Virus record (IMG/VR): IMGVR_UViG_3300030101_004515
Span: 1 to 57,865 of that record
Reading direction: 5' to 3' (one strand)
DNA: 57,865 bases
Source: a virus
Taxonomy: Duplodnaviria; Caudoviricetes
Shown: positions 16,401 through 26,245 of the stretch, in pieces
Position numbering within the stretch: position 1 is the stretch's first letter
How the letters are laid out: every line of letters starts with the position of its first letter
Position numbers and translations under genes: made by a program
The notes under the pieces: generated by a model
Database searches by the model: none
Told to the model about the DNA's origin: nothing
What the model saw: the letters and a program-made list of their open reading frames with translations, nothing else

Positions 16401-19400
16401 GTGTAACCCACGATTTAGAAGGCCCGTATTCTCCCGTTAATCTAAACGCCACATATTCATAAGCTTTGTCATTTGCGTTTTCAATAGTAAACAATCCAAG
16501 TTTTAAATCTTTAGGCCCCTCGCCTCTTAGCGTTCCTTTCAAACTAAAAGTTCCTTTAGCATCTACTATTTTTTGTCTCCATAATTTATTTAAATCGTTT
16601 TCAATATCATTTGCATATTTTTTTGGAGGATTAAAATATTTTACAAAAGCGGTACCAAAGTCCATGTCTTCATTATATTTATATTTTCCTGTAGGCTGCA
16701 TGGTTTGTAATACGTCATATATTTCGTTACTTATTTTTCCTATCAAAGAAGTATCACCTGCTTTTGTAGAATCAACGATCCAGTTATCTAATGCTTTTGA
16801 TTTAGAGTATTTTATAAATTGACCTCTTTCAACTTGTCTAGATAACTCTTCTGTAAAGTTATCCATTATATCTTGTGGCTGTGTAGCTGCTATTTTTTCA
16901 AGTACAGCTGAGTCTTTTATTACGTTTAATGCTTCATCAAACGCTATTTCTTTTGCAATAGTATTTATTAAAAATAATCTTCTTGTTTCTCTAGCGTTTC
17001 TTCCTTCAGTAAATTCTGCAATAAAATCTTTTTCTACAGCAGGGGACCATGGTTTCTTTTCAAATACTAAATTACCTGCATATGTTTTTCTTCCGCTAAA
17101 TGTTTCAGATTTTCTAAGTTGTCTTCCTTGTTTATCAACTGGTCTGGTTGTAAATTTTTCTGCAAGAGGTTTGTTTTTAACTAAATCACCAAGAGTTATT
17201 ATATTATAAATTTCTTCTGCATTTGCTTTTATATAATCAAAATATTCTGGCAAGCTGCTACCCCCTAATTCTTTTTTAACAGAATCAAACATAGCGTTTC
17301 TTACATTCTTTTTTAGATTTTCTCTAAACGTGAATCCTTTATTCAATGGTACAATAGCCCCTACAGTTGCTAATCCTTTAGTTACAGCGGTTTTACCAGC
17401 ATCAGCTAATGAAGGTGAAAGGTTTAATCTATCTATAACATTTCTTGTTTGAGGTGTTTCAACAGGCGTAACTTCTATAGGCTCTGCTTCAGGTTGCGCT
17501 ATATCAACTTTTTCTGTAATATCTTCTGTAAATTTAACACCAAATATTTTTGATGCAAATCCATCCATTCTTTTTTCTAATAAACTATTTACATAACCAG
17601 AAAGAGTTCCTGTGCCTTCCTTATAGCTGTTTACAAGATCTATAACGCCTCCTTTTTCTAAAAGAGCACTTTGTATAAAGTCTTCCTTAAAAGTGTTGAA
17701 ATCGGGAACGTTTTGATATTTTTGTGCGCGCTTACTCACTATGCCTTCAAACATCATTGCTATTTCAAAAGGGCTCTTATTTTCTGCATATGCTTTATCA
17801 ATTTTGTTTGAATCGGTTTTTGAAAGCTTTGTTTCTGTTGTTTTTCCTTTTGGCACTAAATCACTTTCTAATTTAACGCCGAGGATAGCATCGGATTTTT
17901 GAATGTTTTTCGTGTAGTTTCTTATAAAGTCGAATACGTCTTTACCGTTATTAAGCTTTACACTTGCAAAACCTAATCCCTGCATAGTATTTGTATAAGC
18001 TTTGGCTAGCTTATTTGCAACACCCTTCGTTTCTACAACATTTATTTTTTCCGTAGCAACAATATCAGAAAACATGTTAAAGTATTCTTCTAATGCTCCT
18101 TTTTTATACTTTCCGTTTTCATCTATGTAGTCATTTTCTTTTAGCCTTTGGTCAATTCTTTTAACAATATTGCTATTTCCAGACTCTACTAAGTATTCTT
18201 TAAATGAATCTACTAAAGGGGCTAAAGAGGCGTTGTCAGTTTTAAAATACTTTGACAATAAAAAATGAAGTTTTTCATGCCCTAATACATTAGTTGCTCC
18301 TTTAAGCGCGGCTACATCTTTGTTGATAAGTATTTTTGCAGGCTCTGTTTTTGTTGCTTTGGGTATAAATATTCCGTCAGCATCTGGATCAAACCCTTTA
18401 TATTTTTCAGCAGCAGCGTCTATCTTTTCTTGAGTATCAAGCATTTCTACTTCAAGTCCAGCTATCTTATTGTTTCTTATCGTTGATTCAATTTTTTTTG
18501 ATCTTTGAAGAACCTGTGTAAACGCGGCTTCCATGTTTGCGTCTATTCCTAATTTTTCATAGGCAAGTATGTCGTCAAGTTTTCTAAAATCTTCTTTAAT
18601 AACATCTGAAACTTCGTCTAATTGTTCTCTTGTTAGATCAGTTCCTTTTTCATAATATAAATCTAAATTGTTTTGAATATTATCAAGAGCATCTGCATAT
18701 GATCTTTTTTCTTCTCTTGTAAGGCCGTTAAACGCCTCTACAACCTGGGCTTTCTTTTCTTCTATTTGTTTCTTTGTTTCTTCCTGCTGCGTTTGAAATT
18801 TTGCTTTATCTTTTTTTCTTTTAGCTTTTTCTATTTGACTATCTAATAAAATGCTTTCTTGTTCTAATTTATATACTTGGTTTTTAAGATAATTTGGAGC
18901 TATATGCATTGCAACATTTTGCTCAGTTGCTCCGTCTTTATTTAAATTTTGAGTTATAATACTTGTTCCTCCCCCTAATACAGCTCCTACTGCAAATTCA
19001 TTTAAAGATTTTGTAAATATACGACCGGCTTCTTGAAGCGTTAATCCATCATCACTATATGCTAACTCTTGTAACGATTCATTTATTATATTCGCGCCGG
19101 CTTCCGTCCCTCCTTCAAAAAGCATACCCGCTCCCGTTTTCTTTGTATATCCAAAGGCTCTTTCTAAAAACTTATCAGATGTTTTTTCAATAAATTCATC
19201 AACCGCTTTTCTGTTGGCTCCTTTTCCAACTTTAGTTAATTTACCTATGCTTTTTAAAAACTTACCTCCAAAATATTCACTTGTAGCTTCTACACCTCCT
19301 TGAATATTAGATATAAAAAAAGCTTTCTGAATACTTTCATCAGGGTTTTCATTCATAGTTCTTTCAAATGAACTACCTGCTGCTGAAACACCTAATGCAG

Positions 19401-20199
19401 CAATTCCTAAAGGCCCACCTGCTATAGACACAGCTAAAGACGGTACTGCTATAAAAGCATCTGAAACTAATTTATCTGAAGCCTCACTTGTTCTACCTTG
19501 CGAAACTAATTCTTGGAAGTCCGCTTCAGTGCCATCATCGTTAAAGTATTTTTTATTTAGTGAAGTAAGTTTTGAATTAAAGTCTCGCCAACCAGAAGTA
19601 TCAATAACACCTTCGTTAGCGGCTTCTTCTAATGAGTCTCCACGCATATTTGAACGGGCTATTTGCATAGCTTGATAATATGCAAGCCCCGCAGGATTAG
19701 TGCTTCCTACACCAGCTTGAATTGAAGCATCAATGTATTCAGGTATACCTCTAGCTAATTCTGAAGCTCCCCCAACAAGTCCTGCTAATTTTTTTGTTTT
19801 ATAGTTTTCGTACCAATCTGGAAGAAGTTTATCTATTACGCCTATTGCAGGCGAAGTTATACCGCCAACCTTTCTTGCTGCAAATAATTTCGCGTCAATT
19901 TCTTGTTGACGTTGTTCTTCTTCTTCTTCTAACTCAGCTCTTGTTTTTGGGGCAGGTTGTGGTTCCAGGTCTTGTAATCCCAATGAAATACCTTCCGGCC
20001 TGTATCCCCCAGCGACTGCTCTTTGTAGCGGTGTCGCACTTGCAGTCTCGTTTGCAACACCCGGTTGATTTCCCAGGTCTGACGGCTTTATACTGGGATT
20101 TTTTTGTAAAAGCTCTTCAAAAGTATAGCCTTTTCTTTCGGCTACACCTTCTAAATCTTCTCTTGTGTAAAGTTTATTATTAAATATATATGTTTCCAT
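13432..20199 (-). CDS. very large internal virion/ejection protein (2255 aa) with zincin-like HExxH
   Basis: Position after the tail genes, size, Gly/Ala hydrophobic helices, VLGHEKLH motif. Confidence 0.7.
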   Translation of the reverse strand: METYIFNNKLYTREDLEGVAERKGYTFEELLQKNPSIKPSDLGNQPGVANETASATPLQRAVAGGYRPEGISLGLQDLEPQPAPKTRAELEEEEEQRQQEIDAKLFAARKVGGITSPAIGVIDKLLPDWYENYKTKKLAGLVGGASELARGIPEYIDASIQAGVGSTNPAGLAYYQAMQIARSNMRGDSLEEAANEGVIDTSGWRDFNSKLTSLNKKYFNDDGTEADFQELVSQGRTSEASDKLVSDAFIAVPSLAVSIAGGPLGIAALGVSAAGSSFERTMNENPDESIQKAFFISNIQGGVEATSEYFGGKFLKSIGKLTKVGKGANRKAVDEFIEKTSDKFLERAFGYTKKTGAGMLFEGGTEAGANIINESLQELAYSDDGLTLQEAGRIFTKSLNEFAVGAVLGGGTSIITQNLNKDGATEQNVAMHIAPNYLKNQVYKLEQESILLDSQIEKAKRKKDKAKFQTQQEETKKQIEEKKAQVVEAFNGLTREEKRSYADALDNIQNNLDLYYEKGTDLTREQLDEVSDVIKEDFRKLDDILAYEKLGIDANMEAAFTQVLQRSKKIESTIRNNKIAGLEVEMLDTQEKIDAAAEKYKGFDPDADGIFIPKATKTEPAKILINKDVAALKGATNVLGHEKLHFLLSKYFKTDNASLAPLVDSFKEYLVESGNSNIVKRIDQRLKENDYIDENGKYKKGALEEYFNMFSDIVATEKINVVETKGVANKLAKAYTNTMQGLGFASVKLNNGKDVFDFIRNYTKNIQKSDAILGVKLESDLVPKGKTTETKLSKTDSNKIDKAYAENKSPFEIAMMFEGIVSKRAQKYQNVPDFNTFKEDFIQSALLEKGGVIDLVNSYKEGTGTLSGYVNSLLEKRMDGFASKIFGVKFTEDITEKVDIAQPEAEPIEVTPVETPQTRNVIDRLNLSPSLADAGKTAVTKGLATVGAIVPLNKGFTFRENLKKNVRNAMFDSVKKELGGSSLPEYFDYIKANAEEIYNIITLGDLVKNKPLAEKFTTRPVDKQGRQLRKSETFSGRKTYAGNLVFEKKPWSPAVEKDFIAEFTEGRNARETRRLFLINTIAKEIAFDEALNVIKDSAVLEKIAATQPQDIMDNFTEELSRQVERGQFIKYSKSKALDNWIVDSTKAGDTSLIGKISNEIYDVLQTMQPTGKYKYNEDMDFGTAFVKYFNPPKKYANDIENDLNKLWRQKIVDAKGTFSLKGTLRGEGPKDLKLGLFTIENANDKAYEYVAFRLTGEYGPSKSWVTPSAKKSKLRNDEYENILFEFANAYLTDADLRTGPLRQNVFKQMVGEELASDFDNNLNTKLNINSDLGQIDGVERTRKLLSTFAGTEQIKRKGIDKIAAKATDGDLTEINAHNNEVTSIVRPQYKRIMLSLYDFVESYRGTGNEQMAMKFANRFQSMMFKGGTTYTPMRESAAITHVEKNITEPYAEHAKQIEKLANDFMLEQDGDNFLAAYITGGRKGRRILERAIDKMFATNGVFIVDKIHGDIKSSTSMDAINGKFGLPNQNYVTSRFQNVLDEGDIIPIESGIALTEGDTYDLNKGLNAQVFDASAIDEANNKLYIKFSKTRSKPAELADMIDRKNVKAKEIKSAKDLALARRLGKETERKFFYGNDWNIFLPYSAEDFYGLIQKIAGKGEQGNKDLKFLKENLLDTYSQGISDLETDRRSMFNAYRQIKARIKKAPFKLRENLTEEGVKNFTIEDAVRVFVWQQSNYDIPGITKKRADKLSKIVADNKELRSFAFGLMAANKTDGYPKPEENWEAGKIGSDFAQTLNQNKRPKYLKKWQHNIDLIFNDKNKAKLTAAFGPSYVKNLEMVIGRMKSGVNRKPTNSDAANITQDFINGSVGTIMSFNMRSATLQSISAINYLNWSDNNPLMVAKALANPKQFAKDFMFLMNSDYLTNRRQGLKINVQEAEIAEAAKSKNPVKAVIAHMLKIGFLPTQIMDSVAIASGGSAFYRNRINSYVKKGFTQEQAEKKSYEDWRQISNESQQSSDPARISNVQANNFGRVVFAFANTPFQYTRLTKRAISDLVNGRGDVKTNVSKITYYMAVQNIIFNTLQSAYFALDFSEEDEYQGRKLTRRAKEIRQSKIDKKEERIVNGMADSVLRGLGYSGALISMLKNAGIAYYKEQQKENEFFKDWSNVLLATTDIAPPIDHKVRKLKAIIEAGKYESNIPPSVEAAINALAIANIPADRLQRKIENLADASREDLSAWTRIALFLGWSGWELGIED

Positions 20200-20204
20200 G
20201 CTGT

Positions 20205-21971
20205 TTAATTAAAGTCTTCGTCTCCTGGCCTATAGCCTATTCTTTTGAGCTCTGTTTGGTATTTCGTAGATTGCTCTTCGACCCACGTATAGAACGGGTT
20301 TTCTTTGCCGGTCCAAGCTGAGCTTCCTCTATTTGTCCAGAAATTGTAAATATCTGCTGCATTTCCGTCAAAGTCGTTAACAGCCCATAAAAGCTCTGCT
20401 AAATAACTTGAGGGGGTATTATTATCAATCTTTATTTTCAGGTCTTTACTTCTTCCTATAGCGTCTTTGCCAAGAGTAAACTCTATATATCCAGGCCCCT
20501 CTGTTTCGTTAGCTGTACCCTCGTCTACTATGTCCGCTTTATTTTCTATGTTTGTTACCGCCGCACCGAACAATGCATATATGTTTCGCATAGCTGTTCT
20601 TCCTTCATCCGTAGGCAACCCGCTCTCATCAACATCAAAATTAGCATTATTAATACTGTTAATTACGCCAAACTTGCTTTCTACCTGATCAACGAAGTTT
20701 TTGTCATTAACTAGTTTAGCCGCACGCTTTTGATTATCTGTTATAGTTTTAACTATCGTTTGCGTAGGCTTTTCGTCTTGCGCGAACCTTTCATTGAATA
20801 GCTTGTTAGCAATATCCTTTTTAACCATTTCTTTTTGAGCCGATCTAATAGACCCTATAAAGCTATCTTCTTTTGCAAAGTCATCATCCTCATTGTATGA
20901 AGTTATAATTCGCATGATTGCGTCTTTTTTGTCTGAATAGTCTTCGCCTTCTGCAACTTTCAAGTAACTAATAATATCGTTAGCTTGAACATTAAGATTG
21001 TGTAAAAACGAGCCTTTAGTTGGATTTAACATTTCGTCTTGATAGTGCCTTGCTCTATAGCTCTCTCCTAAAGCTTCAAGTATATCGGAATTTTGTGCAG
21101 TACGTATTATATACTGGGTGTCTTTATAAGCGGTAGAAGTAGTGTCTACTTGCTGATTACCCCTTGCGTTTATAACGCTAAACACCTTTGTTTGTACCCC
21201 TTCGAATCCTTCTGAGTTTCTAATACTATTTTCAAGAGCGTCAAGTAAAGTTTTTCCCTCTCCGCCGTCGGTATTGTAATCAATCTTTAGATTTAAAGCA
21301 TTTTCAGTTTCTCCGAACATAAGCTCATTAACCTCGTCTAGCGTAAAAGATTGCTCTACACCAGCATTGTCTATGTAACTATATATAGTGTTTCCTAATT
21401 CATTTCTACCTATTTCAATATTTCTTCCTCCACTTTCAAAAGCTTCAAACAAACCAAATAGTTTACTATTTTGGTATAAGGACATGTTGTCTTTATTAGC
21501 ACTAAAAAACTCTAATCCTTTTCGCATTGTTTGTGCAGCCTTTTCTGTATCATTTAATTCAGCAAATAATTTTTTCTTAGTAGCGGCATACATGTCGTAT
21601 GTAATTTTACCATTTGCATGATCTAGTTCATTTTGTGTAAATGCATCCGCGTTTTTAGATAAATGAGCTTCAAACTTATCTTCAAATTTTCCAGCAAGCT
21701 TTTCATCTATCCCTGTATATATTGCATTTTGATATGTTAGCCCCGCTTCACCTGCTTTTTTTACTCTTAACTCCTTTTCCTTTTTTTCTTTTTCTATATC
21801 GATGTTTATTTTATCGATAGCCTGTAATACCGGTTGATATAAACGTGAGTAAGCGTTTACTGTATTAGCATAGCTTCTTGCGTATATATCTGCATAATTA
21901 GGCTGTCTAACTATTCTTTGCTGCTGATACGCGGGAGTTGCTGCTTTAAATTGTGGTAATTGTTTTGCCAT
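20205..21971 (-). CDS. putative internal virion/ejection protein
   Basis: 588 aa, located between other ejection-type genes. Confidence 0.6.
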   Translation of the reverse strand: MAKQLPQFKAATPAYQQQRIVRQPNYADIYARSYANTVNAYSRLYQPVLQAIDKINIDIEKEKKEKELRVKKAGEAGLTYQNAIYTGIDEKLAGKFEDKFEAHLSKNADAFTQNELDHANGKITYDMYAATKKKLFAELNDTEKAAQTMRKGLEFFSANKDNMSLYQNSKLFGLFEAFESGGRNIEIGRNELGNTIYSYIDNAGVEQSFTLDEVNELMFGETENALNLKIDYNTDGGEGKTLLDALENSIRNSEGFEGVQTKVFSVINARGNQQVDTTSTAYKDTQYIIRTAQNSDILEALGESYRARHYQDEMLNPTKGSFLHNLNVQANDIISYLKVAEGEDYSDKKDAIMRIITSYNEDDDFAKEDSFIGSIRSAQKEMVKKDIANKLFNERFAQDEKPTQTIVKTITDNQKRAAKLVNDKNFVDQVESKFGVINSINNANFDVDESGLPTDEGRTAMRNIYALFGAAVTNIENKADIVDEGTANETEGPGYIEFTLGKDAIGRSKDLKIKIDNNTPSSYLAELLWAVNDFDGNAADIYNFWTNRGSSAWTGKENPFYTWVEEQSTKYQTELKRIGYRPGDEDFN

Positions 21972-21984
21972 TGTTAAATTTATT

Positions 21985-24081
21985 TTATCCGCCTTGTGCT
22001 GTTAATAAAGGCATGTTTCCTCCTCCGTAATTTATTGGGTTTTGCGGAATGCTTTGTTGGCCATAAATATTAGGATTAAAACTATCCGCTCGACCAAAAC
22101 CTTGTCTTGGGGTTGGAGGAACTGTTAAGGTGCCTGTTCTTTGTTGTGATGCTCCTATGCTTGCTGTAGAATCAAAAGAAGACTGAAAAGCTTTCTGTGA
22201 TTTAGTAGGTACTGAGCCTACTATATTAGCAGCAGTTGCCGCAAGCCCTAATCCCCCTTGTACTATAGCTGCCGTACTAGCTGCTTTTGCCGCCGCCGCG
22301 TTTGCTTCCGCTGCCATTGCGTTTGCTTGTAGGTCGGCTGAAGTTTGCATAGCCTGCGTTTCAAGACCTGCTTGTCTATTAAGTCTATTTTGCTCTCTTC
22401 TCTCTGCTGTAGAGAATTGGTATTCTCTTGCTAGAGCGTCTGCGTTTTGCAGTCTTTGCTGCTCGGCAAGCCTGATTTGTTGAAGCCTTAACGCTTCTGA
22501 AACCTGAGCCGATTGTATTCTTCCTGCTTCATCAAATCTTATTCTATCTCTTTCTCTAGCAGTTTCAAAATCTGCAGTTTGAAGTCTTAATGCTTCTTCA
22601 AACGTTAGCCCTTGCTCTCTCATTCTTTCTGCAATCGAAAGCTGTTGCAATCTTCTTCCTTCATCTACTCCAATACCCTGCAGCCTTCTTCCTTCAGCTA
22701 ATCTTGTATCATCAATTCTTAATCCCTCACTTTGTCTTAATCCTTCTAATCTTAGTCTTTCACTTAAAGAAATATCCTGAATCCTTTTACTTTCAGACAT
22801 TCTTATTTGCTCTATTTGCTGTTGTCCTTGCGCTCTTAGCTCTACGTTTCGAGCCTCTTGTTGCTCTATTGTAGCAGCAATACCTAGTTTACTTTGAAGT
22901 GCTGCTTGTGCAATTGCTGTTGCTCCCCCTGCTCCAGCTCCTGTTGCTCTTATTGTTGACAATGTATTTGCTAAAGCTTGATCCGACTGTTGCGCTTTTA
23001 AGTCTGCGGCCTGTGTGGCTACCTGTAGGTTTGCAAAAGGATTTGATGCCAATATACTTGTGTCTGAAGCTAAACCTGAAAAATCTTGTGCGCCCGGTCT
23101 TAGATCTGTAACTCTATCTGCTAAGTCTTCTAGGCCTACAGATAAATCTTCACCTAAATCGGCAGCTGATTCAAATAAACTAGTTCTGTCCGCTAATAAA
23201 TCTGTTCTATCTGCAATCAAATCGCTTCTGTCTCTAACTAAATCGCTTACATCTTCAGCAATACCGCTTAAATCTGAAATATTTGCATAAGGGTTTACTA
23301 TATTACTGCCTTTATACATTTGAGCCATTCTCGGGTCATTAGCCATATTTGAAATAGATTTAGGTAATGACGCGTAAAATCTTTGACCCTCTGATGTTTC
23401 TGGGTCTGGGAATATAGGCTTTCCTTCGGCTGTTTTTGGCAATCCTCTTGTCACCTCATTAAACCTTCTTCTTAATAATTCCTCGCCTAAAGCTCGTTGT
23501 CTGTTTCGACTTGTAACACTAACACCGGAAACTCTACCGTTGTCGTACCTTATTAGCTTTCTTATTTCATCTTCAACGCCGTCCCTACGTTCCATTGGGT
23601 TACCCTGATTATCAATAACAGTTCTCGATGCTCTATCTCCCACGTCATCATCTCCAAACGGTTCAAAAACAGGTCTATCTCGGCCGCTTCCTAGTTGTTG
23701 AGGTATTGGTCTTCCTAAAGCTCTGTCTCTTCTGTCTAAATTACTGCTTGAAGTAGGAAACATACTTCCCATAGCAATACCATCGGGGCTATATATAGTA
23801 GGGTTGCCTAAAGAAAATATAGAGCTACCTTGATTGCTAAAAGACGATGAGCTTCCTTTGTATCCGGGAATATAATTACTATCCCCAAATCCAGGGACCA
23901 TACTTTCTGCTTCCATTGCTGCTAATGCCGCGGATGCTGCTCTTTGATTTGCTATTGCTTGTTGCGCTGCTGCTTTTGCGTCCTTTTCTTGACCTTTTGC
24001 TTTTTTCTTAGCTTTTTCAGCGGACGCTATTCCATAAGCCGCTGACCCTACTGCTGCTACTGCGCCTGTTACTACTGCCAT
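21985..24081 (-). CDS. putative ejection/pilot protein with coiled-coil repeats
   Basis: Ala/Gly-rich hydrophobic N-terminus, GAGAGGATAIAQAA, 7-aa and 11-aa periodic repeats. Confidence 0.65.
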   Translation of the reverse strand: MAVVTGAVAAVGSAAYGIASAEKAKKKAKGQEKDAKAAAQQAIANQRAASAALAAMEAESMVPGFGDSNYIPGYKGSSSSFSNQGSSIFSLGNPTIYSPDGIAMGSMFPTSSSNLDRRDRALGRPIPQQLGSGRDRPVFEPFGDDDVGDRASRTVIDNQGNPMERRDGVEDEIRKLIRYDNGRVSGVSVTSRNRQRALGEELLRRRFNEVTRGLPKTAEGKPIFPDPETSEGQRFYASLPKSISNMANDPRMAQMYKGSNIVNPYANISDLSGIAEDVSDLVRDRSDLIADRTDLLADRTSLFESAADLGEDLSVGLEDLADRVTDLRPGAQDFSGLASDTSILASNPFANLQVATQAADLKAQQSDQALANTLSTIRATGAGAGGATAIAQAALQSKLGIAATIEQQEARNVELRAQGQQQIEQIRMSESKRIQDISLSERLRLEGLRQSEGLRIDDTRLAEGRRLQGIGVDEGRRLQQLSIAERMREQGLTFEEALRLQTADFETARERDRIRFDEAGRIQSAQVSEALRLQQIRLAEQQRLQNADALAREYQFSTAERREQNRLNRQAGLETQAMQTSADLQANAMAAEANAAAAKAASTAAIVQGGLGLAATAANIVGSVPTKSQKAFQSSFDSTASIGASQQRTGTLTVPPTPRQGFGRADSFNPNIYGQQSIPQNPINYGGGNMPLLTAQGG

Positions 24082-24082
24082 A

Positions 24083-24493
24083 TTATAAATGTTTTATTAA
24101 TTCTTGATTGTAGTTATCTGCTTTTATATAACCTAAATCTTCGTATGTTTTTATTAATCCGTCATGTTTTACTAATGCATAACAATAAGCATACCCTAAT
24201 TGTTTGCATATTTCTGTTAAAGCTTGAATAAGATATATTATTCCTTCTTTTCTTGATTCTTTATCCTTGTAGTTTTTATCGGATATAATCCAATCAACCC
24301 AAGCAACTTTAGAATTTGATTTATATATGTACCCAGCACATATTGGAATATCCTTATTGTATACCATAAATCCGCCGGTTCCATTGTCAGGTAAAAAATC
24401 TTTAGGAGGGGCTTGCCACTCCCAATCTTTCCACCAGTTAACTAAAAGCTTTTCGTAATCATCTTCTTTTAGCTTTTGTATATTTAATTCCAT
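24083..24493 (-). CDS. GNAT-like protein of the tail/ejection module
   Basis: GGFMVY...PICAGYIY...AWVDWIISD...LIKTYEDLGY; usual podovirus position. Confidence 0.6.
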   Translation of the reverse strand: MELNIQKLKEDDYEKLLVNWWKDWEWQAPPKDFLPDNGTGGFMVYNKDIPICAGYIYKSNSKVAWVDWIISDKNYKDKESRKEGIIYLIQALTEICKQLGYAYCYALVKHDGLIKTYEDLGYIKADNYNQELIKHL

Positions 24494-26215
24494 TTAATTT
24501 GTTAATAACTCGTATTCACCTGATACCGCAAATAATTCTTTTTGTGAAGTGTCAGAAACACTTAATTGTACTTTATTAAAGAAACCTTTAACTCCCGATA
24601 TATCACCGCCAAACAGCACCTCGTTTCTTTGCGGTAAGGTTTCATTTACAATATACGAGTAATATTTGTTATCTTTCTTCTTGAATCCTGAAACTACCAA
24701 ATCTTGCCATGTGCTTTCCGCTGAAGCGCTTGTCGATACGTAAGCTGGTATTGGCGAACCTGTATCGCTGTCTGTTTGTATTGACTCAACCGACCATCCG
24801 GTGTTTCCTTCATAATTTATTGTTTTGAAGTATTTCAGTATTGAAGGAGGCCTGTTAAATATTACATCGACTGTAGAGGCTATAGTAGATGCTCCGTAGA
24901 ATGAACCTCTATTGGCATCTAGATCATAGTGTTTATACAGATCGTTCACCCCGTATGTATAATAATCTGCGTCTATGCTTCCGCCAAACGCTGGTTTATA
25001 TCCATAAAATGATGACCACCCGTTTATATCTTCATCAAATGTAACAGTTTGAAACCCGCTTGTAAAATCTCTTAAATGAACAGTTACAGTATCCCCTACC
25101 GGAGGAGCAGACGTCATAGTTACTATTCCTGTTGATGTATTATAAGTATAATCAGTTCCTGCAACTAAAGCTGTTGAACCCCTACTCGTTTGAAAAACTT
25201 CTATTTGAGATATATTTGTCGGATCGGGTAAGTTTACTGTAGCAAAGTCTTTATCAATTATACTAAACGCTAAAGAAAAAGTTGTATCACTTCCGTCCCC
25301 TATAAAGGTGTTCTTAACCAAGTCTTCTTGCAAAGACAATACGTATTTTTTTCTGTTATTGTCCCATATACCTATTATAGAGTCGGCTAATTTAAGATTT
25401 GTTTTAAAATAATCACGCATACCAAATCCTGATATTTCAGTTATACCATCTCTTGATAATCTTAATACAACACCGTTGTTTTTATCTACAAAGTATTTTC
25501 TTCCTGCGTTAAACGCGAAGCTTTCAGGATTTTTACTAATTCCATAGTTTCCTGCATAGGCAACAACCTGACCTAATACTTGATCAGATGAGGTAACCTG
25601 CGGATCACCCTCAGCTGTAAATATTATATCTTTGTCTATCAATATGTTATGCACCTTGTTTTCCTGAAATACATTTAGGTTGTTGTCCTCAGCAAATAGT
25701 TTTTGTATAGACCCAAAAGCAGAGTCTATTGATTTTGTGTTTGGAATAGCAGGATTGAACTGATTTATCTCGTTCGTTCTCGTTCTTCCGTTGTATATTC
25801 CAGAATATATAAGCGAAGCTTCTCTTGTTTCGGGGGCATACTCATTATCAGTTATTGCCGCTCTTACACCAAAGTCTACTGTTTTTCCGTTAAAAGCTCC
25901 TCTTATTCTTGATTCCTCAACATGCCAGTTTTTTACTACAACCAATATGGAGACGCCGTTGCTAGGCGCAGACGTAAACGTGATTATTCTGGTTTTGTTT
26001 GCGTAAACGTATCCGGTTGCAGCCTGTAGAACGTCATCGAAATACACCTGAAACTCAGACTCAGAGTTAGGAACCGCATATACGGTATTTCCGCTGCTTT
26101 CAGCAATGGTAAACGTAGTGTCGCTTCCATCTCCGGTTCCAACGATCTGATGAGTTACCTCCGAGCTCTTTATGACAAAGGTATTGTAGTATTTCACTTC
26201 TAACGTTACACTCAT
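24494..26215 (-). CDS. tail tubular/stabilisation protein, C-terminal part
   Basis: GSIQKL, YGISKNPESFA, YFVDKNNGVVLRLSRDGITEIS, GWSSFY, FKTINYEG. Confidence 0.75.
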   Translation of the reverse strand: MSVTLEVKYYNTFVIKSSEVTHQIVGTGDGSDTTFTIAESSGNTVYAVPNSESEFQVYFDDVLQAATGYVYANKTRIITFTSAPSNGVSILVVVKNWHVEESRIRGAFNGKTVDFGVRAAITDNEYAPETREASLIYSGIYNGRTRTNEINQFNPAIPNTKSIDSAFGSIQKLFAEDNNLNVFQENKVHNILIDKDIIFTAEGDPQVTSSDQVLGQVVAYAGNYGISKNPESFAFNAGRKYFVDKNNGVVLRLSRDGITEISGFGMRDYFKTNLKLADSIIGIWDNNRKKYVLSLQEDLVKNTFIGDGSDTTFSLAFSIIDKDFATVNLPDPTNISQIEVFQTSRGSTALVAGTDYTYNTSTGIVTMTSAPPVGDTVTVHLRDFTSGFQTVTFDEDINGWSSFYGYKPAFGGSIDADYYTYGVNDLYKHYDLDANRGSFYGASTIASTVDVIFNRPPSILKYFKTINYEGNTGWSVESIQTDSDTGSPIPAYVSTSASAESTWQDLVVSGFKKKDNKYYSYIVNETLPQRNEVLFGGDISGVKGFFNKVQLSVSDTSQKELFAVSGEYELLTN

Positions 26216-26245
26216 AGTTTTATTATTACGCTAATTTATTTATTA

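Noticed and set aside
13432-20199. Virion RNA polymerase like that of crAss-like phages or phi14:2 (similar size)
   Set aside because: No convincing DxDxD catalytic motif in RNAP context; FDPDADG lies in the zincin-like segment. A structural search is needed to exclude it fully
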